The notes: generated by a model from the letters alone, not told the origin. Numbered from the stretch's first letter, positions 25,783-35,419 are shown. The stretch: 37,796 nt of DNA from an uncultured Erysipelotrichaceae bacterium (GCA_902783215.1 CACZQD010000038.1:1-37796), one strand, 5' to 3'. A program made the numbers and translations.

Positions 25783-26127
25783 ATGGGCGAAATAAATGAA
25801 ATGGCTATGAATAGTGTTTTAAAAGCTTATTATGATGGTCATTTACCTAGTTCAGTTATTATGCTAGATAAAATATCTTTAGAAAATTTAGGATATGATG
25901 AAATTTCGGAAGATACTACTATTGGTCAAATTGGTGATGTTTCTAATGTTCCTAAATGGGTTTATTCTGATCTAAGATTTTGGACTATGAGTAATATACA
26001 GAATGCTAATAAAGTATTGCTGGTATGGAATAGGTTGACGCCAACTTATACTTATCCTACTATACAAGCAACAGTAAGACCTGTTATAAATATCACAAAA
26101 ACATCTAATCGAATTTTAAAAGGTTAA
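25783..26127 (+). CDS. stand-alone fragment or paralog of the C-terminal domain of the 9717 pilin-like protein; possibly a gene remnant
   Basis: RFWTMSNIQ...VRPVINITK parallels SYWTMTSYT...VRPVINIYK at the C-terminus of the 9717-10721 product. There is no prepilin leader and no recognisable SD upstream of ATG 25783. Confidence 0.4.
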   Translation: MGEINEMAMNSVLKAYYDGHLPSSVIMLDKISLENLGYDEISEDTTIGQIGDVSNVPKWVYSDLRFWTMSNIQNANKVLLVWNRLTPTYTYPTIQATVRPVINITKTSNRILKG

Positions 26128-26139
26128 TTAATATATTAT

Positions 26140-26172
26140 AAAAAATCTATAGTTTGTTCTATAGATTTTTTT
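26140..26172. terminator. bidirectional hairpin terminator between convergent genes
   Basis: AAAAAATCTATAG-TTTGTT-CTATAGATTTTTTT, with A and T runs on either side. Confidence 0.65.
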
Positions 26173-26749
26173 CATTTAACATTTTTTTGATAGTATTATA
26201 TAGATATGGTTTATATTCATCAATTGCTATGGGTTTTTTATTAAGAATACACGAAAAACATGTTGATGATGTTAATTCAATTATCATAAATAGAGTTACT
26301 TCAGGATTGGATAATTTTATATTATGTTCTTCAATTCCTTTTAAAAACATATTACGTATTCCAAGTTCTTGTTCGACTTTTTGGTTTAAATTACTATTAT
26401 ATATACCATATGATAAATTTTTAGCTATAAGTTTTAATAATAGTTTATTCTTTTTAAGTTTTTCGATTACATAATCAATGATAAAGATTATTTGATCATC
26501 AAATTTTTTTATTTCTTCTTTGTTTAATTCTTTTAAAGCTTTATTAAATAGTTTATTAGATTTTCGAGCTATTAATTGTTCTTCTAAATCATATTTATTT
26601 TTAAAATATAAGTAAAATGTTCCTTTACCAATTCCCGCACTATCAGCTATTTCTTTGATAGAAGTATCATTAATACCTTTTTTTGTAAATAATTCATAGG
26701 CACTATCTAATAGTTTATCTTCTTTTTCTTTTTGGTTCTTTAATAACAC
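26159..26749 (-). CDS. TetR/AcrR-family transcriptional regulator
   Basis: N-terminal HTH LLDSAYELFTKKGINDTSIKEIADSAGIGKGTFYLYFKNKYDL. The start is ambiguous. I prefer GTG 26749 (AAGGGA SD, consistent with the predicted TSS near 26778) over the TTG at 26770 used in the ORF track. Confidence 0.8.
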   Translation of the reverse strand: MLLKNQKEKEDKLLDSAYELFTKKGINDTSIKEIADSAGIGKGTFYLYFKNKYDLEEQLIARKSNKLFNKALKELNKEEIKKFDDQIIFIIDYVIEKLKKNKLLLKLIAKNLSYGIYNSNLNQKVEQELGIRNMFLKGIEEHNIKLSNPEVTLFMIIELTSSTCFSCILNKKPIAIDEYKPYLYNTIKKMLNEKNL

Positions 26750-26797
26750 TATATCATCCCTTTTTGTCAATTTCTTATGATAATATTATATAATATT

Positions 26798-26814
26798 ATT
26801 GACTAATGGTCAAT
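26798..26814. promoter_or_regulatory. palindromic operator 1 (ATTGAC-N5-GTCAAT), overlapping both divergent -35 boxes
   Basis: Perfect 6-bp half sites. The plus-strand TTGACT (26799-26804) is followed by 17 nt and TAAGAT. The minus-strand TTGACC (26813-26808) is followed by 17 nt and TATAAT (26790-26785). Confidence 0.6.
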
Positions 26815-26832
26815 AGTGTGTTAAGATATAAA

Positions 26833-26845
26833 TGACTGTTGGTCA
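26833..26845. promoter_or_regulatory. palindromic operator 2 (TGAC-N5-GTCA)
   Basis: It has the same core half sites as operator 1, is centred about 33 bp downstream, and sits between the predicted -10 and the SD of the MMPL gene. Confidence 0.5.
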
Positions 26846-26859
26846 GAAAGAGGGATACA

Positions 26860-29800
26860 ATGAAAAGAATAGGAGATATTGTTTGTAAACATCATAAATT
26901 AATAATATTAATATCTTTACTTTTGTTAATTCCATCACTTATTGGAATATATAAAACAAAGATTAATTATGATATTTTAGTATATCTACCGGATGACATC
27001 GAAACTATAAAAGGAGAAAAAATTCTTACAGATGATTTTAAGATGGGAGCTTATGCTATAGCTATAATTGATAATATGGCAGATAGTGATATTTTAAAAT
27101 TGGAAAGTAAAATTAAGACGATTGATGGAGTTAATAAAGTAATTAGCGCTAATGATTTGACTGGTACACAAATACCTATGGAGTATTTACCAGATAAAGT
27201 TGTTAATAAAGTTGCTAAAAATGGATCAAGATTAATTTTTATAACATTTAATGAGTCTACTAGTGATGATAAAACATTAGCTGCAGTTGAACAATTACGT
27301 AAAATGGTAAATAAATCATCTAAAATAGGTGGTATGAGTACAATGGTTTTAGATACCAAAGAGTTGTTTAATAGTGAGATGACCTTGTATGTAGTTGTTG
27401 CTGTTATACTTTGTATTATTGTTTTAATGTTTTCACTCGATTCATATATTGTTCCAATACTACTTATTTTAAATATTGGTTTAGCAATCTTATATAATAT
27501 GGGTAGTAATATCTTTTTAGGTAATATTTCTTATATAACAAAAGCAATTAGTTCGGTATTACAACTTGGTGTGACGACTGATTTTTCAATTTTCTTGTAT
27601 CATAAATATGAAGCAGAAAAAAGAAAAGAAAAAGATAGTAAAAAAGCTATGTCATTAGCTATTAAAGAAACTTTAGTATCGGTATTAGGAAGTAGTTTAA
27701 CAACTATTGCTGGTTTTTTAGCTCTTTGTACAATGAATCTAAAATTGGGTACTGATATAGGTATTGTTATGGCTAAAGGAGTTATTTTTGGTCTTATATG
27801 TGTAGTAACAGTTTTCCCTGCGTTACTTCTTATCTTTGATAAATATGTTGAAAAAACTAGACACAAAACATTTATACCACAATTTAAATATTTGAAAAAT
27901 TTTGTATTAAAACATTATAAACTAATATTTGTATTATTCTTAATACTATTATTTCCAGCATTTAAAGCTCAAACTAAAACAGAAAATTATTATAAATTAG
28001 ATGAATCTATACCTGATAATTATGGCTATTCAATGGCTAGTAAAGCATTAATAAATGATTATGGAATAGTATCTCAAGAAATTATTTTAGTTTCACAAAA
28101 ATTAGATAATAATAAATTGAATATGATGATAGATGAAATTGAGAAAGTTGACGGTATTGATTTAGTATTGAGTGGATCTAAGTTGTCTAAATATGGGTTT
28201 GATGAAGATATGCTAAGTGATGATATTAAAAATATTTATCAGACAGATAAATATAAAATGGTTCTTATTAATTCTTCATATGATATCGCCACAGATGAAT
28301 TAAATGATCAAATTATAAAAGTAAATAAAATTGTAAAGAAATATGATAAGAAAGCAATAGTTGCTGGAGAAGGGCCATTAATGAAAGATTTAATTGAAAC
28401 AACAGATCAAGACTTTAAAAATGTAAATTTTACTAGTATTGGTGTAATATTTATATTAATGTTGTTGGTTCTTAAATCAATTTCACTACCAGTGCTACTT
28501 GTAAGTGCGATTGAATTTGCCATTTTTATTAATATGGGAATTCCATATTTTAAAGGTACACAAATACCATTTATTGCATCAGTTGTTATTGGAACAATTC
28601 AATTGGGTGCGACTATTGATTATGCAATATTAATGACAACTAAATATTTATCTGAAAGGAAAAATGGTAAAGATAAGTTTGAATCTGTTAAATTATCGAT
28701 GGATGCATCTGCTCCTTCAATATTTGTTAGTGGTATGTGTTTCTTTGCTGCTACAGTTGGAGTTGCTTTAGTATCGAAAATAGATTTAATTGGTTCACTT
28801 TGTACACTTATATCACGAGGAGCAATTATTAGTATGTTAGTTGTTATGATTATTGTTCCATCATTATTAATTATTTTTGATAAGCTAATTATTAATACTA
28901 CGATGGGATTTAGGAAAGGAAAGATAAGTATGAAAAAACTTGCAATATGTTTAATTACTATATCACTATGTTTAGTAGCTATGCCAGTATCTGCGTTAAC
29001 TAAGGAAGAAACTGTATATGCAAAAATTAATCAAAATGGTAATGTTAAAAAGGTTAGTGTGGTTAATCATTTAATCAATGAAGAAAAATCTAAATATATT
29101 GTTGATTATACTGACTTGAAGAATATTGAAAATACTAATGGAGTAGAAAGATACAAATTAGATGGGAATAAACTAACTTGGTCAGCTAATAAGAAAGATA
29201 TATATTATAAAGGAACTACTAATAAAGATTTACCTATTAGTTTAAATATTAGCTATCGATTTAATGATAAGGTAAGTAAAGTATCTAAAATGTTAGGTAA
29301 AAAAGGTCGCGTTGAAATTAAAATTCAATATCAAAATAATGATAAACATATTGTTAATATAAATGGTAAAGAAACAATAATGTATACTCCATTTGTTGTT
29401 GCCACATCAACTATTTTGGATGGAACAACAGTTAGTAACATTAAAGTAGATAATGGCAAAGTTATATCTAATGGTCAAAATTATTTAATTGCTGGTTTAT
29501 CCGCACCATCGCTTTCTAAAAGTTTAGGTATTGATTCATTGAATGAAATGGATACAGTTACAATTACATATGATACTAATTCGTTTGAATTACCAAATAT
29601 ATATTCTGCAATCACACCAAAGATAGTTGATAGCATGGATTTAGATAAACTAAATAATTTAGATTCTATTTATTCTAAAATTAATTTACTATCAAATAGT
29701 AGTAAACAGTTAGTAGATGGATCTAAAAAGGTAAATGATGGTACTACTACTATTAATAATGGAGTTGGTAATGCGATAGATAGTTTAAAAAATAATAAAG

Positions 29801-30642
29801 ATACTATTGATGAAAAAACATTAGAGTTAATAAAAAATACTTCTAGTGAAGAGGCAGTTAAAAAGGTTGAATCTAAAAAAGAAGAAATAATGAATCAAGC
29901 AATTCAAAAGGTAATTGAAACAGAAGAACAAACAAAGCAAATTAAAAATTCTTCTGATTATGGGATAGATAATAATACAAACTTGATAGATGCATTAAAA
30001 CTAGAAACACATAAACAAATAAATTTATCTGAAGAACAAATCACACAAATATATACTGCTTGTAATAGTGGTGCGAGTGATTATTGTTCGAAAGTTCAAA
30101 CTATAGAAGGATATGAAAAACAAACTATTAATCAAGCTAAACAAAGTTTTTATGAAAATGCGATGGAACTTGCTAAACAAACAGCTGCTCAAACTGCATA
30201 TAATACTGCTTTAGAAGTGGCTAAAGATGTTTCTTCTCAAACATCATATGTAGTAGCTCAAACTGTTTTTGATCAAGTTAAACAACAAATACTAGGTAAA
30301 GTAGTTATCTCATTAGATGAATTAAAAAATGGTTTAGATACTTTAAGTGAAGGAACTAAAACTTTAAAAGATGGAATGGAACAATTTGATAATCAAGGAA
30401 TTAATCAAATAACAAGTATTGTTAATAATGAAGTTAAACCATCTATCGAAAGAGTTAAAGTATTAAAGAAATTATCTGCTGATTATAATACTTTTACAAA
30501 AGCAGCAGATAATACTAATTCAAGTACTAAATTTGTTTATACTATTGAAGGAAAAAGTATTAAAAATGAAAAAGTAACAAAGAGAAATAAAGAAAATAAA
30601 AAGACAGGTTTTGTTGATCGAGTAATAAACTTATTTAAATAA
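26860..30642 (+). CDS. MMPL-family (RND superfamily) transporter continuous in frame with a YhgE/Pip-like extracellular repeat region
   Basis: Two 6-TM MMPL modules (e.g. GVTTDFSIFLYHKY and GATIDYAILMTTKY) are followed by a signal-peptide-like segment and about 570 residues containing LxxG heptad-type repeats (QLVDGSKKVNDGTTTINNG, LKNGLDTLSEGTKTLKDGMEQF). The start is set at ATG 26860 after AGAGGGA. Confidence 0.75.
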   Translation: MKRIGDIVCKHHKLIILISLLLLIPSLIGIYKTKINYDILVYLPDDIETIKGEKILTDDFKMGAYAIAIIDNMADSDILKLESKIKTIDGVNKVISANDLTGTQIPMEYLPDKVVNKVAKNGSRLIFITFNESTSDDKTLAAVEQLRKMVNKSSKIGGMSTMVLDTKELFNSEMTLYVVVAVILCIIVLMFSLDSYIVPILLILNIGLAILYNMGSNIFLGNISYITKAISSVLQLGVTTDFSIFLYHKYEAEKRKEKDSKKAMSLAIKETLVSVLGSSLTTIAGFLALCTMNLKLGTDIGIVMAKGVIFGLICVVTVFPALLLIFDKYVEKTRHKTFIPQFKYLKNFVLKHYKLIFVLFLILLFPAFKAQTKTENYYKLDESIPDNYGYSMASKALINDYGIVSQEIILVSQKLDNNKLNMMIDEIEKVDGIDLVLSGSKLSKYGFDEDMLSDDIKNIYQTDKYKMVLINSSYDIATDELNDQIIKVNKIVKKYDKKAIVAGEGPLMKDLIETTDQDFKNVNFTSIGVIFILMLLVLKSISLPVLLVSAIEFAIFINMGIPYFKGTQIPFIASVVIGTIQLGATIDYAILMTTKYLSERKNGKDKFESVKLSMDASAPSIFVSGMCFFAATVGVALVSKIDLIGSLCTLISRGAIISMLVVMIIVPSLLIIFDKLIINTTMGFRKGKISMKKLAICLITISLCLVAMPVSALTKEETVYAKINQNGNVKKVSVVNHLINEEKSKYIVDYTDLKNIENTNGVERYKLDGNKLTWSANKKDIYYKGTTNKDLPISLNISYRFNDKVSKVSKMLGKKGRVEIKIQYQNNDKHIVNINGKETIMYTPFVVATSTILDGTTVSNIKVDNGKVISNGQNYLIAGLSAPSLSKSLGIDSLNEMDTVTITYDTNSFELPNIYSAITPKIVDSMDLDKLNNLDSIYSKINLLSNSSKQLVDGSKKVNDGTTTINNGVGNAIDSLKNNKDTIDEKTLELIKNTSSEEAVKKVESKKEEIMNQAIQKVIETEEQTKQIKNSSDYGIDNNTNLIDALKLETHKQINLSEEQITQIYTACNSGASDYCSKVQTIEGYEKQTINQAKQSFYENAMELAKQTAAQTAYNTALEVAKDVSSQTSYVVAQTVFDQVKQQILGKVVISLDELKNGLDTLSEGTKTLKDGMEQFDNQGINQITSIVNNEVKPSIERVKVLKKLSADYNTFTKAADNTNSSTKFVYTIEGKSIKNEKVTKRNKENKKTGFVDRVINLFK

Positions 30643-30709
30643 AAAAGGGCAAAAATAATTGTCTTTTTTTTTAATAAGTGCTAGAATATGTTTCAGGGAA
30701 GTGTTTTAA

Positions 30710-32473
30710 GTGAAATGGAGTATTAAATTAATAGTAGGGATAGTAATATTGATACTAGTATTAATTGGATTTGTGATATATAAAATTAACTTCACAGATA
30801 AATTAATTTTTGAAAATGGAAATAATAATCAAGAAGTAGGAAAAACAATTGATATTAGTTCAAAATACTATATGATTGAGTATCCTAAAGTAGGGAACAG
30901 GAAAATAGATAAATATATTGCTCAAATAGTTAACAGTTATAAAAATAAGTTTAAAAAAAATCAATATTCTTATATAAATTATGAATCTTTTTTAGCGCCA
31001 GATAATAATTTAAGCTTAGTATTTATAATTACTACTGAAAAAAATAATAAGATATTAAATGAGAAAATAGAGACATATAATTTTAATATATCTACAGGTG
31101 AACGATTAAAACATAGTTATATTTTTGTTGGTGATTATAAATCATTTATTAATAACTATTTAAAAAAATATATTAGTGATCATGATGATTATAAAGATTG
31201 TAATATTAGTATTCTTTCTAAAAAATATAATTATAAATATATTTTAAATAATAAAGGAATTAAGATATATTTTGATCGACTTGAATTATGTAGCGAGGAT
31301 AATGGAGTATTAAATATCTTAATTCCTTATGAAGATATTAAAGATTATATGAATATCAATTATAAAAATAAGACTAATCAAATAAATGCAAAAAAAATAA
31401 AAATATATCATCAAAAGTATAAAACGAGTAATGAATTAAAATATGTTGCTAAATTATCTAATGAGTATAAAACGGATAATGAAAATAGTAAACTTATTAA
31501 TACCATTTTTAAGGGTCAAAAAGTTAGAGTATTAGAAAATGATGATGAATGGTCTAAAGTAAAATATCATGGTAAAATCGGTTATATAAAAAATTCACAT
31601 TTAACACAAAAAACTATTTTATATGATGGTTTTACAAATAAGAAAAGGGATGTTTATTCATATAATAATGTGGATATTCATATAACTAATGATATTAATA
31701 GTACAGTTCTTAAAACATTAAAGCAAGGGGAGAAAGTAAAGCAGTTAGGTATTAGTAAAGATGGATGGAGTGAGATTGAATATAAAGATGGAATTGCTTT
31801 TGTGTATACAACATATTTAACTGATAAAAAGTTTGAAACTAAGAAAAATAATGAAAGAATCATTGATACTAATAAACCAGTTGTAGCTTTAACTTTTGAT
31901 GATGGACCAAATCCTAGTTCTACTAATAGATTATTAGATGTTTTGGAAAAGAATAATGCGGTTGCAACATTTTTTGATTTAGGTATGTTAATGACTAATT
32001 ATTCGGATATTGTTAAACGTGAAGAAAAAATAGGTTGTGAAGTTGGTAGTCACACATTCGATCACAAAAATTTAAATAAATTAAGTGCTAACGAGGTTAA
32101 AGATCAAGTTAGTAAAAGTGAAGAAGTATTTATGAATATTTTAGGTCATAAACCTACATTAGTACGTCCTCCGTATGGAAATGCTAATGACACAGTAAAA
32201 CAGAGTATTCCTTACCCATTAATTAACTGGAATGTTGATACTTTAGATTGGAAAAGTCGTAATAAAGATGAAATTATTAATGAAATGCATAAAGTGGATA
32301 ATTATGATGGTAAAATTATATTAATGCATTCTATTTATGAATCTACTGCAGATGCTGTTAGTGTTATAGTTCCTGAATTAATTAGTAAAGGATATCAACT
32401 AGTTACAATCAGTGAATTAGCTTCAGCAAAAGGCATTACGTTAAAAGCAGGAGAAATATATTATGGATTTTAA
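30710..32473 (+). CDS. membrane-anchored polysaccharide deacetylase (NodB/CE4) with RsiV-like N-domain and two SH3b-like repeats
   Basis: NodB motifs ALTFDDGP, GSHTFDH, RPPYG and ILMHS are present. There are two SH3b-like segments (KVRVLENDDEWSKVKYHGKIGYIKNSHL and KVKQLGISKDGWSEIEYKDGIAFVYTTYL) and an N-terminal TM helix. The start is GTG. Confidence 0.8.
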   Translation: MKWSIKLIVGIVILILVLIGFVIYKINFTDKLIFENGNNNQEVGKTIDISSKYYMIEYPKVGNRKIDKYIAQIVNSYKNKFKKNQYSYINYESFLAPDNNLSLVFIITTEKNNKILNEKIETYNFNISTGERLKHSYIFVGDYKSFINNYLKKYISDHDDYKDCNISILSKKYNYKYILNNKGIKIYFDRLELCSEDNGVLNILIPYEDIKDYMNINYKNKTNQINAKKIKIYHQKYKTSNELKYVAKLSNEYKTDNENSKLINTIFKGQKVRVLENDDEWSKVKYHGKIGYIKNSHLTQKTILYDGFTNKKRDVYSYNNVDIHITNDINSTVLKTLKQGEKVKQLGISKDGWSEIEYKDGIAFVYTTYLTDKKFETKKNNERIIDTNKPVVALTFDDGPNPSSTNRLLDVLEKNNAVATFFDLGMLMTNYSDIVKREEKIGCEVGSHTFDHKNLNKLSANEVKDQVSKSEEVFMNILGHKPTLVRPPYGNANDTVKQSIPYPLINWNVDTLDWKSRNKDEIINEMHKVDNYDGKIILMHSIYESTADAVSVIVPELISKGYQLVTISELASAKGITLKAGEIYYGF

Positions 32474-32510
32474 AAGAGATTGTATGTGTTTATTTCATTA
32501 CAATCTCTTT
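32473..32510. terminator. bidirectional hairpin terminator
   Basis: 12-bp perfect stem AAAGAGATTGTA/TACAATCTCTTT between convergent genes. Confidence 0.7.
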
Positions 32511-32845
32511 TACATGAAAAAAGTTGGTCCTTCATCATAGTTTTCATTAGTGTTGTTAACAGTTGAATATTGATTTGTATTACTGTTACTATTATATTGA
32601 AGTTTAGTACCACTTTTTTTAAATTCATTCATTACTTTAAACATTGTTTTAGCATTTTTTATCATAGGATGTACTTTTTTTACTAATGGTATTGTTTGAT
32701 TAACGACATTTAGTGTTTTTTGCGTACCGGATAAAATAGATCCGAATGATAGGTTATGATTTCCGAATATTCTAGTAAGTAATCCAACTTTTGGTGTGTT
32801 AAATGATGATGGCATGGTGTAAAAATACGGATTATAATAATTCAT
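32510..32845 (-). CDS. small N/S/T-rich protein, possibly VrrA/YqfQ-like
   Basis: The central segment LSFGSILSGTQKTLNVVNQTIPLVKKVHPMIKNAKTMFKV resembles the conserved core I recall for Bacillus YqfQ. AGGAGG precedes the ATG. Confidence 0.4.
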   Translation of the reverse strand: MNYYNPYFYTMPSSFNTPKVGLLTRIFGNHNLSFGSILSGTQKTLNVVNQTIPLVKKVHPMIKNAKTMFKVMNEFKKSGTKLQYNSNSNTNQYSTVNNTNENYDEGPTFFM

Positions 32846-32955
32846 GTCAACCTCCTATGTAAATATTTCTAAATTATTATATGTTTTTTATTAAAAAAGT
32901 TTTCTATTTATAAAAAATATGTTATAATTATTACAAGGTTAAAGAGGTGCGTATT

Positions 32956-34620
32956 ATGAAAAAACAATCTAGTAATAAGAAATCTAATGCATTTGTACGT
33001 GCTTCGATGTTTGTTTTTAGATGTTTAGTAATTTATCCTTCATATTTTTTATATAAAGGATTTTCTTCCATTGGTAAAGGTTTAAAATCATCAATATCAA
33101 CTTCAGATAATGGTAAAGTTATTGATCCTGATATATTTAATAGTGATATTGATGTTCAAGGAATGAATGATATAGCTAGTTCTAATGCAAGTGAAAGTCA
33201 ATTGATTGATACTATAGAAAATAGTTCAAATGGCAATTTAGATTTTTCAACAGATGTTTCTAATAAACTAACAAATAAAATAAGTGGTGTATCAAAGAAA
33301 GTTTCTCAAAAGAAAATTAATTCTCAAAAAATTGAAATGGCTAAACAGCTGATTGATGAGATGAAAGAAAAAGAAGAAGAAGAAAAACAGCATGAAAAAA
33401 AATATAATTGGCGCTACGAGGCAATGTCACAAGATGGGAAAACAGTTAGAGGTTATTTTGAAGCATACAATAAAATGGATGTTATTAACTTTTTGACTGA
33501 TGAAGGTTTAATTGTTTATCGTGTAAAAAAAGAAAGCTTAACAATAAACTTTGGTGGAAAAGGTAGAAAAATAAAAAACAAGGATTTAATTTTTATTATT
33601 ACTCAATTATCTACTTATTTGAAATCTGGTATTGCATTATCTGATGCGATAGGAATTTTAGTTAGACAAACAAAGAATAAGTATCAGAAAAAAGTTTTTT
33701 ATAATGTAAAGTATGAATTGATGTTAGGAGAAAGCTTAAGTTCAGCATTTCAACATCAAGGAAAAGCTTTTCCAATGATTTTAATTAATATGGTTAGATC
33801 TGCTGAGTTGACTGGTGAGTTACCTGAAGTATTGGACGATATGGCTGAATATTTTACTGAAATTGAAGAAACAAGAAAGCAAATGATTAGTGCATTGACA
33901 TATCCGACTTTAGTACTTGTATTTACTATTGCAGTTATTATATTTGTTATGATGTATGTTGTTCCTAAATTTGTTGAAATATATGATAGTATGGAAGATA
34001 CTAAAATACCTGCCTTTACACAGACAATTATGAATATAAGTTTATTTTTAGAAAAAAATATTTTATTTATTTTATTAGGTATCGTAATTGTACTAGCAAT
34101 AATATTGTATTTATATAAAATGGTTAAGCCTTTTCGTAAAGGTATGCAGTTTTTAGCCATGAAAATGCCTGTTATAGGGAATATCATAATTTATAACGAA
34201 GTATCTGTGTTTTCTAAAACATTTGCTTCTTTGCTTAAACATAATGTATTTATTACTGATAGTATGAGTGTTTTAAATAAGATTACAAATAATGAAATCT
34301 ATCATGATATGATATTACAAACAATAACTAATTTATCAAAAGGAGATAAAATTTCTACTGCTTTTAGAGATCATTGGGCTTTTCCTATTCCAGCTTATGA
34401 AATGATTGTTACAGGTGAGAAAACTGGACAATTAGCTGAAATGATGGAGAAAGTATCTAGTTATTATCAGAATTTACATCGGAATTCTGTTACTAGAATA
34501 AAAGCACTTATTGAACCAATAGTTATTATATTATTAACTTTTGGAGTAGGTGCTGTATTACTTGCTGTAGTTATTCCTATGTTTAATATGTATAGTTCTG
34601 TTCAACAAATGGAGGGATAG
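32956..34620 (+). CDS. type II secretion / type IV pilus platform protein (GspF/PilC/ComGB family) with a long N-terminal extension
   Basis: There are two T2SSF repeats (FIITQLSTYLKSGIALSDAI... and FSKTFASLLKHNVFITDSM...GEKTGQLAEMMEKVSSYY) and 3 TM helices. The start is set at ATG 32956 after AGAGGTG. A TGtTATAAT promoter lies at 32920-32928. Confidence 0.85.
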   Translation: MKKQSSNKKSNAFVRASMFVFRCLVIYPSYFLYKGFSSIGKGLKSSISTSDNGKVIDPDIFNSDIDVQGMNDIASSNASESQLIDTIENSSNGNLDFSTDVSNKLTNKISGVSKKVSQKKINSQKIEMAKQLIDEMKEKEEEEKQHEKKYNWRYEAMSQDGKTVRGYFEAYNKMDVINFLTDEGLIVYRVKKESLTINFGGKGRKIKNKDLIFIITQLSTYLKSGIALSDAIGILVRQTKNKYQKKVFYNVKYELMLGESLSSAFQHQGKAFPMILINMVRSAELTGELPEVLDDMAEYFTEIEETRKQMISALTYPTLVLVFTIAVIIFVMMYVVPKFVEIYDSMEDTKIPAFTQTIMNISLFLEKNILFILLGIVIVLAIILYLYKMVKPFRKGMQFLAMKMPVIGNIIIYNEVSVFSKTFASLLKHNVFITDSMSVLNKITNNEIYHDMILQTITNLSKGDKISTAFRDHWAFPIPAYEMIVTGEKTGQLAEMMEKVSSYYQNLHRNSVTRIKALIEPIVIILLTFGVGAVLLAVVIPMFNMYSSVQQMEG

Positions 34621-34621
34621 G

Positions 34622-35377
34622 ATGACTATTTATTTTAGTGTAGTGTTTTTGATTTTTGGAATGGTTTTAGGTTCGTTTTATAATGTTGTAGGTGAAAGAC
34701 TTCCTAATAATGAATCTATTGTGAAACCAAGATCTCATTGTCCAAAATGTGGTCATCAGTTACAGGCGTTTGAATTAATACCTGTAATTTCTTATTTGTT
34801 TTTAAAAGGAAAATGTCGTAAGTGTAAATCACATATATCTATATTTCATCCTATTTTTGAACTTGTCAGTGGTATTTTATTTATGATTTCGTATTTAGTT
34901 TTTGGAATGAGTATACAACTTATTATAGCATTAACTTTTATATCTATCTTGTTAATTACTATTGTTAGTGATTATAAATATATGATTATATGTGATGAAG
35001 TATTAATTATTGGTTCATTTTTTCTTATAATTGAACTTATATTTGAAAGGGGATTTGCTGGTACTGGACTATCTATACTTGATGGACTAGTTTCTTTCTT
35101 CCTAATGTATTTAATAAAAAAGATTGGAGATTTCTTCTTTAAACGAGAATCAATGGGCGGCGGAGATATAAAATTAATGTTTACTTTTGGTTTGGTTTTA
35201 GGCGTATTAAATTCAATTCTAAGTATTTTTTTAGCATCAATTATTGGATTGCCTATATCGTTGTTATTGTTACATTATAAAAAAAATCATGAGGTGCCAT
35301 TCGGCCCATATTTATCTATAGCTGCTATCATTATATTACTTACAAATTTTAATATTATTGATATGTATTTGATTTAA
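34622..35377 (+). CDS. prepilin peptidase (A24 family; PilD/ComC)
   Basis: N-terminal CPKCGHQL...CRKCK zinc knuckle, polytopic membrane body, and catalytic-region GGGDIKL and PFGPYLSIAA. Confidence 0.88.
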   Translation: MTIYFSVVFLIFGMVLGSFYNVVGERLPNNESIVKPRSHCPKCGHQLQAFELIPVISYLFLKGKCRKCKSHISIFHPIFELVSGILFMISYLVFGMSIQLIIALTFISILLITIVSDYKYMIICDEVLIIGSFFLIIELIFERGFAGTGLSILDGLVSFFLMYLIKKIGDFFFKRESMGGGDIKLMFTFGLVLGVLNSILSIFLASIIGLPISLLLLHYKKNHEVPFGPYLSIAAIIILLTNFNIIDMYLI

Positions 35378-35390
35378 TAAACATTTATAA

Positions 35391-35419
35391 AAAAAGTATT
35401 ACTTCTTGTAATACTTTTT
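35391..35419. terminator. bidirectional hairpin terminator
   Basis: 12-bp perfect stem AAAAAGTATTAC/GTAATACTTTTT with loop TTCTT, between the convergent peptidase and ATPase genes. Confidence 0.7.

Noticed and set aside
26154-26474. 106-aa plus-strand ORF
   Set aside because: It is an antisense shadow of the TetR gene, it starts inside the bidirectional terminator, and it has no SD.
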